Shown in pieces: positions 46,554-60,810 of a stretch of 64,000 bases of DNA; positions within the stretch are counted from its first letter, which is position 1; each line of letters starts with the position of its first letter. The DNA is taken from the NCBI RefSeq assembly GCF_009914755.1, contig NC_060932.1; one strand, written 5' to 3'. The notes beneath the pieces are model-generated. The model did not search any database. It was not told the origin of the DNA and was given only the letters and a program-made list of their open reading frames with translations. This DNA comes from the human T2T-CHM13v2.0 reference genome, Homo sapiens. The position numbers and the translations under genes are program-made.

Positions 46554-47023
46554 TCATATCCACGTGGGCCATCCTCCTTCCTCCTCCCCCTACATTCACC
46601 CATTTGTCTAGAAACAACTGCTTCACCTTCAGTCCTTGGCCTAAGAAAGCCTCAACGATTACATAAGGCTAATCCTGATTTAAACCAGAAATTTAGGCAT
46701 ACATGCCTTATCATCTCATAACACTTTGATAACTCCAGTATAATAATTACACCACATATAATCATACCATTTTCTCTATCACAATTCTGTAAGCTTCCTG
46801 AAGGAGGAACCAACTTTTATCCAAGGGGCTTTGAACTATTCTCGCACTCACAGGACCTGGATAATTTGTCATATACTAAGAACACTGCTAAAGAGAGAAT
46901 GGAAATAATGACTGTAGTTGAAAAACGGTTGTGTATAAGGAAGGGTATGCATACAAAGGAAAACTTGGTTAGGGTGGCAGTGTTACAAACGATTAAAACA
47001 ACAGCAGCAACAAAAAATTACTA

Positions 47024-47615
47024 CAGGCTGAGTATCACTATCCAAAATGCTTGGGATCAGGAGTGTTTTGGATATCAATCAGACTTTTTTGGATTTTGGA
47101 GTATTTGTGTATACGTCATGAGATACCTTGGAGATGGGACCCAAGTCTAAACACAAAGTTCATTTAGATTTTGTATACACCTTATAAACATAGCCTGAAC
47201 ATAATTTTACACACTCTTTTAAATAATTTTGTGCATGAAACAAGGTTTGTGTACACTGACCCACCAGAAAGCAAAGGCGTCTCATCACTCATGTGGACGA
47301 TCTTAACACCCATGTGGTTGATCTGTACTTGTTTGGCATCACCATCATTTCTGACTCTGAATTTATATGCTAGTGATAAGCAATCATTTCTCACACTTAC
47401 ACAAATGTACTTAACAGTAAACAGTACAACATACCATTAATACAGTGAGAAAATAATGTGTTTAGGGTAACTAGGCAGCAGAGCAGCAGCCCCAGAATAC
47501 CTGCATCAGCTGCTCAACAACAGCAACAAATAATAGCAGGCTGTCTCCGTGTCGGCACTCAGAAAGTTTCCCTTTGAGGGCATTTTGGATTTTCAGACTA
47601 GGGCTGCTCAGCCTG
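47024..47615. mobile_element. Tigger4/MER46-like element
   Basis: TA-flanked TIRs caggctgagtatcac / gggctgctcagcctg. Confidence 0.8.
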
Positions 47616-50068
47616 TAATTCTTTACATTTTCTCAACGCATAACACAAGGAGCCTCACTCACAAGAAGCTATTCTATGAGTATATATTTGTGAAATATTT
47701 CTTAAAAAAAAAAAAAGACAAATGATAACTTAGCAACAATATAAATTAACAATAGATTTCTAAAAATTAAAACTCAAATTTCTAACCCATATAAGATTTG
47801 CTTCCAGTGCATAGAAAATCTGACTGAATAATTCTAACTGCAGTGCTTTGGCATACCCATCAATGTACTCACTCAACTTTCACATCTACCAAGAACCTAC
47901 CTATGCAAAGTACCACAGATATGATGGTGAATAAGACACAATTTCTGCCTTCACAATATTTTTTTTCCAAATATGAATGCTATTCTGAAAGACAAATCTT
48001 TAAACTCAGCTATCAACAATAGATATCCAAAAACGACAAAGAACAGGCTTCATCTACTTTATCATTCACTAATTCAAAAAACTCACATTAACCATTTGAA
48101 ATAGTATACATCCTAGTTTAAAACAAAAAATTAATGCCTCATTTACTTGGCATCCTTGGAAGAGCTGGTGTTCCATCCACATAAATGAATTTTCCAGGTA
48201 ACTCAAGCTTGTCCATTTCAGTTCAGCATCAATACTTAAAACTCTTTGGCATGGAAATCTTTTTAAAAACAAAAAAACAGTACGAATCTTTCAACTTTTA
48301 AAAACAGGCTCTATTAACATTATTCTGACTAAAAATTATTGTGTTATACAACACTCAAGCCCCTCAACTAAATGTCCCAGGGTGCTTGTAAAAGTTGCTG
48401 GCTTCTAAGAGTTTTTCTTCTGATCCCTGGCTTTTGGTGTGTCTGCTGTCAACCTTTGCTGCTGTCAGTGTGAACTGACTCTGGCAGCCTCCCACCCCAC
48501 TTCAAATTTGCTGCTACTTGAAAACAAGTTGTGTCAGAACTTTGCCTAAAACACACCGGCTTTAAGACGATCTCCAAATCAATTTTGGTCACTCGGTCTT
48601 TTCTGTGTATTCCTGGAATCGTTATGGTCTGCAGTTACAAGTTCCAAACCAAGTTTTGGATAAATGAATTTGTGCTGTACCTTCATGCTCCATATTGTTT
48701 TCATATTTAAAACTGATGCTCAGTCAGAGATAATTTCATTACCTATTCATTCATTCAACAAATATTTATTAAGTACCTACTATGAGCTGGGCTCCAATAC
48801 TATGGTGACAATAAGGAAATGAAAAGGAAGGTTGCCAGTTTTAAGCATATTTTAAAGTACAAAAACTGTAACTATTTTACTTAATGTCTTTTTTTTAAAA
48901 AAAAAAGGGTTTTTTTTCCTAAGTATCTTAAAATTACAAAACCAGTTAAACTTTTTATAACTTCTGTACCTTCAGGCTTACGAACTAAAAATTTAAGGGT
49001 AAAGAAAGCATTTGATTAACCAAATGTTTATTTTACAAGTTCTGAGCAGGATTCCAAGGTTTTCTGTCTCCTTTTTTTTTTTCCTATTACAAATTCACAT
49101 CTAGGCCTAAAGAAATCAATATCAACATATGCTTTATTATTAAATGATATGCAAAGTCTTGATAATGATAAGTATGTCCATCTCTGCATCCACTAAGTTT
49201 ACATTTACCACAATGTTAATAGAAAAAAAAGGGTTAATTGAGGAAAATTTCTGTCCAAAGTTTAAGAAGTTCCTGTATACTTCACTTTGGGGTTCAGAAA
49301 TTTTTTTAAAAGTTGTAAGGGTTAGCAAAATATGGTGTAATTCTACAATATTTGCTTCATCTGCCACAATCATATTTTTAAAATTCCATTACCCATTTAA
49401 ACCTAAGGCTGGAAAAATGAATCAAGAAGTGGAGCTTAAAATTGGTCTCTGTGGATTAATTAAGACATCAGGAAAAACCCCTGGCATCAGCCTCATTTTA
49501 ATCCCTTGGAATCTTCCTTCTCATTCATTTTCTTCTCAGAGAGCACAAGAACTTTATTCATGTTTTATAATTGTATAAATAATCAGTGATTGCCTTTATT
49601 ATTCAGACATAACTGGAAATGAGTTGCTAGTCATGTGCCTGCTGATCTGAGGAAGTAAAATAATATTTAGAAGTAAAAAAAGTTACTACCATTAAAAACC
49701 TTTAACTACTACTATTAAAAACCTTCTTCAGCAGTGCATTAAGATTTCCTCAACATTAATTCTGGAATCTGAACATGCTTTAAGTGGTACTAAAAAGGCA
49801 GATCACAGGTCTAACCTTCAAAATAAATAACCATGTAATATTATTCTAAATGACACATTATAGTAATTTTCACAAGTCTGCTCTGACCTCATTAGCATAC
49901 TACCTTGTGCTGTGAAATAAGTTTTAGTTTAAATAAAAAGGATTCAGAGAGAGACCCAAATATAGGCTCTTGCTCCTTCTACAAACACTTTAGGCAAAGA
50001 AGTAAATGACAAATATTTACTAGACACTTATTACACGCAAAATTTCTACCAGGTGCTGTCCACACTAC

Positions 50069-50071
<3 letters not shown>

Positions 50072-50103
<32 letters not shown>
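50072..50103. repeat. (CA)16 microsatellite, (UG)16 in PDE7A pre-mRNA
   Basis: Counted directly. Confidence 0.95.
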
Positions 50104-50106
<3 letters not shown>

Positions 50107-51043
50107 TGCTCAAGATACAATATAACTGGAGAGAGAAAATATACTCCCATAAAAGATAGTATTAGCCAATAGGAAAAATATATTTGATTAATAAAAGTGA
50201 TCATTAGCCATAACTTCTGGCAGCAGAAAGTGAGGGCACTCAGTTCAGATGTAAACAAAATTCTTTTCACCTCTCTGTTTTAAGTCTGACAATCAAAATT
50301 AGCCAAACCTAAGGAATTGGGCCAACGGCATCACCACAGGAAAAAAACAGAAATGCTCAGGAGCAACTGGTATTGGACCACTCAAAGTCTTCCCATGAGT
50401 GTACATCAGTAGTTTCTCTCCTAAAATCTCCTTATCAAATTAAAAACAAAACTGATTCCTGGCTATGAACTTTGCAGACTTGTTCCTCTGATACCCAGTA
50501 CAGCCCAGCCACAGAAACGAAGGAGTCGGGGAGACTACAGCAACGGGGCATCTAGGCCTATTGTTCAGAGGGAACCGCAGGACCAGGCGAGCGCCGCGGG
50601 GCGCGCGGGAGCTGGGGGAGGAGAGGCGCGAACCCCGTACAGTTGTGTGTATGGGAAGGGGGACAGGTATGTTGCAAGGCGGGGGAGCACAGGTGTACCC
50701 TGGGGCCACGACTAAGGAATAAAGACTCAACTTCCAGACCGAAAAAGACAAGGGCGGTCATTCCTGAGGCTTAAACTGCTGGGCACAGAGGGTGACGAGC
50801 CTGGGGAGGGTCTGATGAGAGGATCCCGGAACCCACCAGGGTGGGGTTTTGGGGAGGCTGGAGAACTGAGGGGGGACAGCCAGGAATATTCAAAGAAAAG
50901 GCTCTGCAATCGAAAGGCCAGCCTAGAAATCCCCAGACAATGGACAATGCGCGGGCTGGGGGTTGTAGAGGAGGTGAAGCTGGGTGGGCAGAGGGAAACA
51001 AAAGAGAGAAGCCCTCAAGTGTGGGCCCGGCGGCGGCGATTAC

Positions 51044-51181
51044 CTGAGAGAGCTGCCGGGGATTGGGGCAGCCGAAGAGAGCGGAGCTGGAGCTGAAGCT
51101 GATGGCTCCTCGGCGGCTGAGGACGTGCTGGGGGACCGGCCTGTCCAGGGGCAGTACCGGCAGCTGGTAACACACTTCCAT
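51044..51181 (-). CDS. PDE7A: PDE7A (PDE7A1-type N-terminus) first coding exon, 46 codons
   Basis: Translation MEVCYQLPVLPLDRPVPQHVLSRRGAISFSSSSALFGCPNPRQLSQ is the recognised PDE7A1 N-terminus. It ends at a canonical donor CAG|GTAATC (phase 0). An in-frame TGA at 51326-51328 upstream supports 51181 as the start. Confidence 0.97.
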
Positions 51182-51636
51182 TGAATACGCCCGCCCTGCC
51201 TCCGCGCGGCGCCCGCCCTGCCGCGGCCGCCGGCCCCTGCAGTGGGAGGGGGCCGCGGCTCGGGGGCTCCGGGCCGAGACGGGGGCAGGGCGGGCGGGGA
51301 CCGACCCCGGGCTGGGAAGCCGCGCTCACGCCTCCCCAACCCCAGCCCTCCGCTCGGGCCGCCGGCGGGAAGGCTCCGCGGCGGCCGCGGCGCCAATTAC
51401 CAGGACCGGCGCGCGCCTCGCTCCAGGCGAGGGGGGACGGGGTGCAAGCGGGGCCAGCACAGGCAAAGTCGGAAAGGGAACCCCGCCGCCCTGGGGCTCC
51501 TCGGCCGAGAGGAGCAGGTACCCGGACTGCAGAGTTCGAGCGCAGCACGAACGGAGCAAAGCAGTGCAAGAAAAGACAGCTGGAGCCAGCGGCCAGACCC
51601 AGGGCGCGCGGGACTCAGGAGCAGCGACCAGCTCGG

Positions 51637-51666
<30 letters not shown>
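51637..51666. repeat. (GCC)10, read as (GGC)10 on the PDE7A strand
   Basis: Ten uninterrupted GCC units counted directly. Confidence 0.97.
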
Positions 51667-51668
<2 letters not shown>

Positions 51669-51780
51669 AGTCCTGCTCCTCCCCTCCCCCGGAGCCTGAC
51701 TTCACTCCGCCGCCGGCGCGAGCCCGGCGTAATTCACACTTTGCAGCCGCGGACCTTGCGCCAACCACGGCTGCCGCCAC

Positions 51781-51792
51781 CGTGACGTCACG
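51781..51792. promoter_or_regulatory. Full palindromic CRE (TGACGTCA 51783-51790) inside the 12-bp palindrome CGTGACGTCACG
   Basis: Exact CREB/ATF consensus within the CpG island. Confidence 0.8.
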
Positions 51793-51999
51793 ACGCCGCG
51801 CCGCAGGCCCAGCGCCCCGCGCCGCCGCAGCGCCCAGGGAGACTGGCAAGCGGCCGAGGGCGACAGTAGCCTTCCTTGTGTTCTGCACCCTGGGGCTCTG
51901 TTGGAGTCGCCTCCCGACAAACGTTTTCCCCCATCTATCTCATCCGCAGTTCCCTTCGCGCCCCGCCGTGACTCCCTTCCCTAGCTCCTCGCCAGCCAA

Positions 52000-52011
52000 G
52001 GCGCGTGCGCA
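52000..52011 (-). promoter_or_regulatory. NRF1-like motif (TGCGCACGCGCC)
   Basis: Matches YGCGCAYGCGC on the minus strand within the CpG island. Confidence 0.5.
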
Positions 52012-52243
52012 CGAGGCCCCACCGTTTCGGGGCATCCCCCCGAGCGCTAAATTCGTGCGTTCCAGCGCGCCTAGGCTATGGGGTGTGCTCGTCCCGCGCT
52101 AGAGGCGGCGTTCCGGCCTGCCGACCCCAGAAACCCAAAGCACCCGGCGCAGTCGCCGTCCTCAGCCCTGACCGCGGGGTCACTGCTGGCTTTTCCCTCC
52201 TTGAATTCCCATTCATGGGTTTCGCTAGAGACCGCTGCGGCAG

Positions 52244-52287
52244 TGACGTCAGCGGGCCGCGCGAGCACCGTCCTCCTGGCTACGTCA
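52244..52287. promoter_or_regulatory. Second full CRE (52244-52251) and CRE-like site CTACGTCA (52280-52287)
   Basis: Exact TGACGTCA, plus a TGACGT half site on the minus strand. Confidence 0.75.
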
Positions 52288-52386
52288 CTGCCAGTCCCTC
52301 GGTGGGGCCAGGCTCCAGCGCTCGCCTGGCAGATGCGGCCCCGGGGCCATCCCGAGCCCGAGGGGCGGAGAGGGGAGCCGAGAATT

Positions 52387-52394
52387 CGGAAGTG
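52387..52394 (+). promoter_or_regulatory. ETS/GABPA-like motif CGGAAGTG
   Basis: Consensus match at the edge of the island. Confidence 0.45.
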
Positions 52395-53099
52395 AGAAGG
52401 GGACCCGGAGACAAAGGGAAAAAACCAAGACTGAGAAAGAAGTGAGAGTATGGGTGAAAAGAATGAGAAAGGATGATACTGAGAAGACAAAGGGAAAAAG
52501 TAGACTGCATGCCCCTCTACCAAAAGTGTTGTTTGTTGACTTTCGATTTTTCGAAAGCGAGAAAAGATAAAGAGCTCTTGACCTGTTTTGTAAGCTAGAT
52601 GTGTAATTTGAGTGTTCATTTTGTCACATTTCTCACTAAACGGTCAAAGCTTTCAGCATCAACTAATTGTTTCTAATGCATTCCAGCCTTTGGGATTTCA
52701 GCCTGAACAACCTCTCCCCTGCTGGCAAAATTATTGCTTTGGTTCAGTTCTTAGGGCATCCACCCTTCTACTGATTTGTGATGACTAGCCACTGACAAGG
52801 TGGAAGGCCTTTGAAAGCACTGCATAACTTCCACTGATGATGAGATCACATACCAAATGCACATAATCCGGTAAATGAGCAAAAGTAGACCTTTTATCAT
52901 CTTCCCATGGCATGTTTCTTTTCTCTTGCTAAAACTTTATACCTCCTACGTGGATATTTTTCTACCTGTCTGCTTTCTACTATTAAAAGAACTATGACCT
53001 CCAACGTGGTCTTGTGGATTTTGTCTTCATTAGATGATGTAAGCTCCCCTTTAGTACAGCTGATCCAACTCATCTTTGAAATCCAAATTACTCCCACAA

Positions 53100-53680
53100 C
53101 TTCTAGTAGATGTATTGAGCATCTACTATATGCTTGGGATTATACTGAGCAAGTTTTCCTACGTTATCACGTTTACTTCTCACAAAAACCTCATGAGGTA
53201 ATTATTAGTACCTAAGTTGAGAATAGGCTCATGGAAACACGCTTGCCCTAGACCTTACACAGGTAAGTGGCAAGAACTAACCTCAAATAATGTTTGAATT
53301 CTGTGTAAATCTAACCATCCAGGAGGTGATATTGGTGTGATGTTACTGTGTGCCAAATAAAATAACTATATTACATTTAATAACATCTAAGAGACTCAGG
53401 TTGATTAAATCATTTAATGACACTCAGAGCACTAAGTAGATAACTAAAAAATGTATCCCCCTTCAACATAGTTGGTTACTATTGTGCACCTGTGAACCAA
53501 GAACCATGACAGGCATTCTACTTACAATGTTTAACTTTACCCAACGCAATAGCCAAGTAAGTCAGGTAATTTTATCCTGATTCTACAGATGAGGAATCAG
53601 ATTACAAGACCATAAGTCATTTGTCCCAGTGAACTCTGGTCTATGATTTCAGAGCCATGCGTTTTCCACCATACCACACA
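53100..53680 (-). mobile_element. MIR fragments
   Basis: tattgagcatctactatatg...; tacagatgaggaatcag. Confidence 0.55.
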
Positions 53681-53725
53681 GTATCTCAAGACCAGAGTTT
53701 TTCAGCTCTTTACAGTGTTCTTTAC

Positions 53726-54194
53726 AGCACATTAATCAGGTTATTCAGAGAAACACAACCCATAGGATGTACATATAGAGAGAGGGAGAGAGAGTTATTT
53801 TAAGGAATTGGCTTATGTTTTTGTGAAGGCTGGCAAGTCTGAAATCTGTAGGGCAGGCCAGCAGGCTGGAAATTCAAGTAAGAGTTGAAATTGCAGTCTT
53901 GAGTCTGAAATCTGCACAGCAGAACCACAGGCTGAAAACTCACACAGGGTTTCTACATTGGAGTCTTGATGCAGACCTGAGTCATCCTCAGGAAACCTAA
54001 GTCTTTGCTCTTAATGCTTTCAACTCTTTGGATGAGGTCCACCCACTCCATGGAGAGTAATCTGCTTAAAACCAATGGATTATAAATGGTAGTCACACCC
54101 ACAAATATCTTCATAGTAACATCTAGACTAGTATTTGACCAAATGACTGAACATCATAGTTTAGCCAAGTTGATACATAAAATTAACTATCACA
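53726..54194 (-). mobile_element. MLT2 LTR (ERVL)
   Basis: cagagaaacacaacccatagga...gccaagttgatacataaaattaactatcaca. Confidence 0.85.
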
Positions 54195-54339
54195 GGAAGC
54201 AAAAGTTAAATATAGAAATGCTATTACTTTCTGTAACAAAAAGAAAAGTACCTAAGAAAAAAGTATCAAAAACTGCAAAATTCTTATAAAGGAGGCTTTT
54301 ACATGGTTGAAATATAATAGCCGACTTGAATATTTAGAA

Positions 54340-54720
54340 AGTATTCGCATGAAACACAAATATCTTCACATTATGTGCCCATTTAATCTTTCCAACATGT
54401 TTTCCTTCCCCAGACCTCCTTGTCACCAGTTTTCTAATCATATTCCTTCCGAGGTCCAAACCATCTATCCAAGCAGTCAGATACTGCTCATGAATCAGTA
54501 TAGACCTCCACATGTAGCTATTCCCCTTTCCAGACAAAATGAACAACCAGGTATGCAGCTCCAAGTTCTGCTGACTGGGAGTATTTCTCTTCACCGCCTC
54601 TAGAACCACCACAGAGAGGGGCCATCGTGTTGTAGCTGTCCACTGTCTGCACCATAAAATGCAGAACTATCTGTAAATCAGTTGCAAATATTTTTCTCAA
54701 CAGGTTATAGGGGACCACAT
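54340..54720 (-). mobile_element. ERVL internal pol (RNase H) relic
   Basis: GEEKYSQSAELGAAYLVVHFVWK and WAHNVKIFVFHAN resemble ERVL Pol RNase H; frameshifted. Confidence 0.75.
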
Positions 54721-54724
54721 GCCT

Positions 54725-56190
54725 TGGATGCCTTCTGGCTCCAAGGTTTCTGCTGAGAAATTAAATAATAATCTCATTGAGAATCCCACATATGTAAAGA
54801 ATTACTTTTCTCTCATTGCTCTCAAAATTCTCTTTGTCTTTTTTTTTTCAGCAGTGTGATAATGTCTTGGTCTGGGTCTTTTTGGGTTTGTCATACTTGA
54901 ATTTGGCTGATCTAAGATATCTAAACATGATTTCTATAAATTCAGGGAGTGTTCTGCCATTGTTTCTTCTAATAATCTCTCTGCTTCTTTCCCTTTTCTC
55001 TTTCTGTAAATACCATAATGCATGCATTAGTCTGCTTGATGGTGTCACATATGTTCCTTAAACTCTGTTCACTTTTCTTTACTCCTTTTTATTTCTGTTT
55101 CTCAGAATTTGTAATTTCACATGTCCTATAGTCAAGTTCACTTATTCTTTCTTCTGCCTATTCAAGTCTGCTGGAGAACCCCTCTAATAGATTTTTCAAC
55201 TTGGTTATTGTATTTTTCAGCTTCAGAATTTGGTTCCAGTTTATAATTTCTATCTCTTTGCCAATGATTAATTTTGTTTACATATTGTTTTCCTGATTCC
55301 ACTTAGTTCTCTGTCCATATTTTCCCTTAGCTCTTTCAGCATATTAAGGACAGCTATTTTAAAGTATTTGTCTAGTACGTCTAATGTCTGTGTTTTTTCA
55401 GGGAAGGTAACTGCTACTTTATTTTCTTTTTGAGAGGGACATGTTTTTCTGGGTTTTTGAAATATGTCTTGTGGGAGTTTTGTTGTTATTGCTGAAAATT
55501 GGGCAGTTGAGAAAACAGATACCTCCCCCAGTCTTTGCACACTGGCCCTGTGCCAGCGAAGTTTTTCACTAATTAGGTGGCCCATGGTTCTAAGCCTTAG
55601 GATCAGCTTCAGCTTAAGGAGAAAGCTTAAGACCTTACAAGTTCTTGTATGAGCATGCATCTTGCTCGGGCCATTGTGTGGCTTTTTAAATTTCTCTGTA
55701 TACACAGCTGCTTTTTAATGTCTTATTTTCCAAATGAGTTTCTCCTTGAGGCCTTTGGTGGTCTATTATATATCTCTACCCATAATGTCTTACCCCAGGT
55801 GTCTACGGGCCAGTCTCCCTGCAACTTTCCCAAGCAGCAGCCACTGCTTCTCCCTGCTTGAGATCTGAGTTAGGCAAAGCGGAGACCAGTCCTTCAGGCA
55901 TTCCCTAGTAGGTTAGAGCATTACAAATAAAAGTCTGCTCTGCTCCTACTGATTTATAGTTTTGTTTGGTACTGTTTTCATCTGGCTTTGGTGTCAGGTC
56001 AATATTTGCCTCATAAAATGAGCTGGAAAGGTTTCATTACAGTTCTATTTTTCTGAAAGTGTTGGTGTACAAAAGTGGGATTACTTCTTCCACAGATATC
56101 TGATAGGGTTCACTAGTAAAACTATCTGCGACCTGCACTTTTTATTGTAGGAAGATTTTAAATGACTAATTCAATTTATTTACCTGATGA
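54725..56190 (-). mobile_element. Old L1M fragments
   Basis: ORF 55268-55705 has ORF1-like FKIAVLNMLKELRENMDREL; an ORF2 antisense piece lies at 55955-56190. Confidence 0.7.
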
Positions 56191-56365
56191 ATCTTATAAA
56201 CTAAGCTCTATATAACCCCAAAAGTGGTCTCCAAGGTTATAGGCCAAAATGTCAGAAGTGGTGGGATTGCAGTTTTTCCTTTTCTTTTAAAATGTTATCC
56301 TAATCAATTATGTTTGCCAAATTTTCTAAGATAAACCTATATTATTTTATAACAAAACTTATTCA

Positions 56366-56621
<256 letters not shown>

Positions 56622-56769
56622 CTATAATGTGATGATAAACACACAATACAATAAAAGAGTAATTAAAGAAAAAATTTCACTTGAGGGTTAGTTCCCTAGA
56701 CTATTTAGTAGTCCAACACTAATCAACAAGCACTTCTATAGTAGTACACTAATGAATAACCAGTCAGAA

Positions 56770-59208
<2,439 letters not shown>

Positions 59209-59411
59209 TGACATGTGATTTAATAATATGAAACTAAATCCTTGTAAGAAACAACTAAAAGCAGTATATATTCTTGCCATAGCAGAGCAAAAATTGATAA
59301 TGCATAGGGATGGGACAGGATGCTGCTAGGTTTATTATGACATCATCAACGTTGAACTCTAAAAGCTATGTACATGCATTATGCTTTTCATTCAAAAAAC
59401 AAAAATAATCA

Positions 59412-59867
59412 TATTATGTTGAGTTGTGTCCTGCAAAAGACATGAAGAAGTCCTAACTCCTGGTATGTGTCACCTTATTTGGAAATAGGGTCTTTGTAGA
59501 TGCAACCATGTTAAGATAGGGTCATGCAGGATAAGGGAGGACCCTATATCCAATGATGGTGCCCTTATAAAAGGAGGGAGATTTGGAGGCACTCATACAT
59601 GCAGGGAAGAAAGCCATGTGAAAACAGAGATGGAGACTCAAGTGGTAAGTATACAAGCCATGGAACACCAAGGACTGCCAGTAACCACCAGAAGCTAGGA
59701 AAGAGGCATGATCAGATTCTCTTCTAGAGCATTCAGAGGGAGCCTGGCCCTGCCAACACCTCCATTTTAAACTTCTGACCTCCAGAACTGTGGGAGAATA
59801 CATTTCTGTTGTTGTAATTTACCCAGTTGATGGTCATTTGTTATAGCAGCCTTAGGACACTAATATA
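59412..59867 (+). mobile_element. MLT1 solo LTR
   Basis: gttgagttgtgtcc...ccttatttggaaatagggtc...cagccttaggacactaata. Confidence 0.85.
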
Positions 59868-60446
59868 ATCATGTTAATTCTGTGTATCTGAATTGGAGCA
59901 GGAGATGTTTCACAAAGAGTCAATTCTTCTAAATTCATTTCTACACTTGAGGTTAAACAACACAATAACAACAACAACTAATCAATTTAGTTTTTTTTAA
60001 GGCACAGTAGAAAATCCATCTGTTTAATTAAGGGATGTGGGAGGACTAGCAATATGGAATCACAAATTTTAGTTGCTAGTTATAAATATTGAAGTGAACG
60101 CCTGTCTGAAGTTGACTTTCTGTTTTTAAAAACATCCCTCAGTTTCCCTGCTATCTCTGAAGAAGAATGTAAAGAACAAAGGGCCTTTTACCTCACACCC
60201 CATACAATAACAACATAAAATATTGAACAGAATAAATCTTACTCAAAACAGAAAAATCTTTTATAGTGAAGCTAAAAATCAATTACTAAACAATTTTTGC
60301 ACTAACAAATATCTCTGAACTTAATTATAATTTTTATATAAAATAGTGACAGATTTAAAGAAAGCACCTGTATTATTTACATTTTCTACACTCTTAATTC
60401 CAGTGCCCCCTCTGTCTAAATATCTGCTTAAAAGTAGTTTAAATAG

Positions 60447-60768
<322 letters not shown>

Positions 60769-60810
60769 TTAAGATCTTTGAAGCCAATTGGTTATAGTGT
60801 GTTTTAATGA

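Larger units (their letters stand above)
50520..52400. promoter_or_regulatory. PDE7A: CpG island / PDE7A promoter and 5' UTR, probably bidirectional
   Basis: Abrupt switch to very GC-rich, CpG-dense sequence in an otherwise AT-rich, CpG-depleted window. Surrounds coding exon 1 and has several GC boxes; no obvious TATA box. Confidence 0.93.

Noticed and set aside
49140-49578. 144-aa (+) and 77-aa (-) ORFs in unique-looking DNA
   Set aside because: AT-rich, no recognisable domain or convincing exon structure; consistent with chance.
49684-49725. 19-bp imperfect tandem duplication tactac(c/t)attaaaaacctt
   Set aside because: Ordinary slippage duplication with no motif of note.
50771-51043. Read-through of the exon 1 ORF to 136 aa
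   Set aside because: Similarity to PDE7A stops exactly at the canonical GT donor; the rest is intron.
50440-52619. Many long overlapping ORFs (up to 286 aa) across the CpG island
   Set aside because: Expected from stop-codon scarcity in GC-rich DNA; low-complexity Pro/Arg/Ala/Gly translations, mostly non-ATG starts. Only 51044-51181 matches a known protein.
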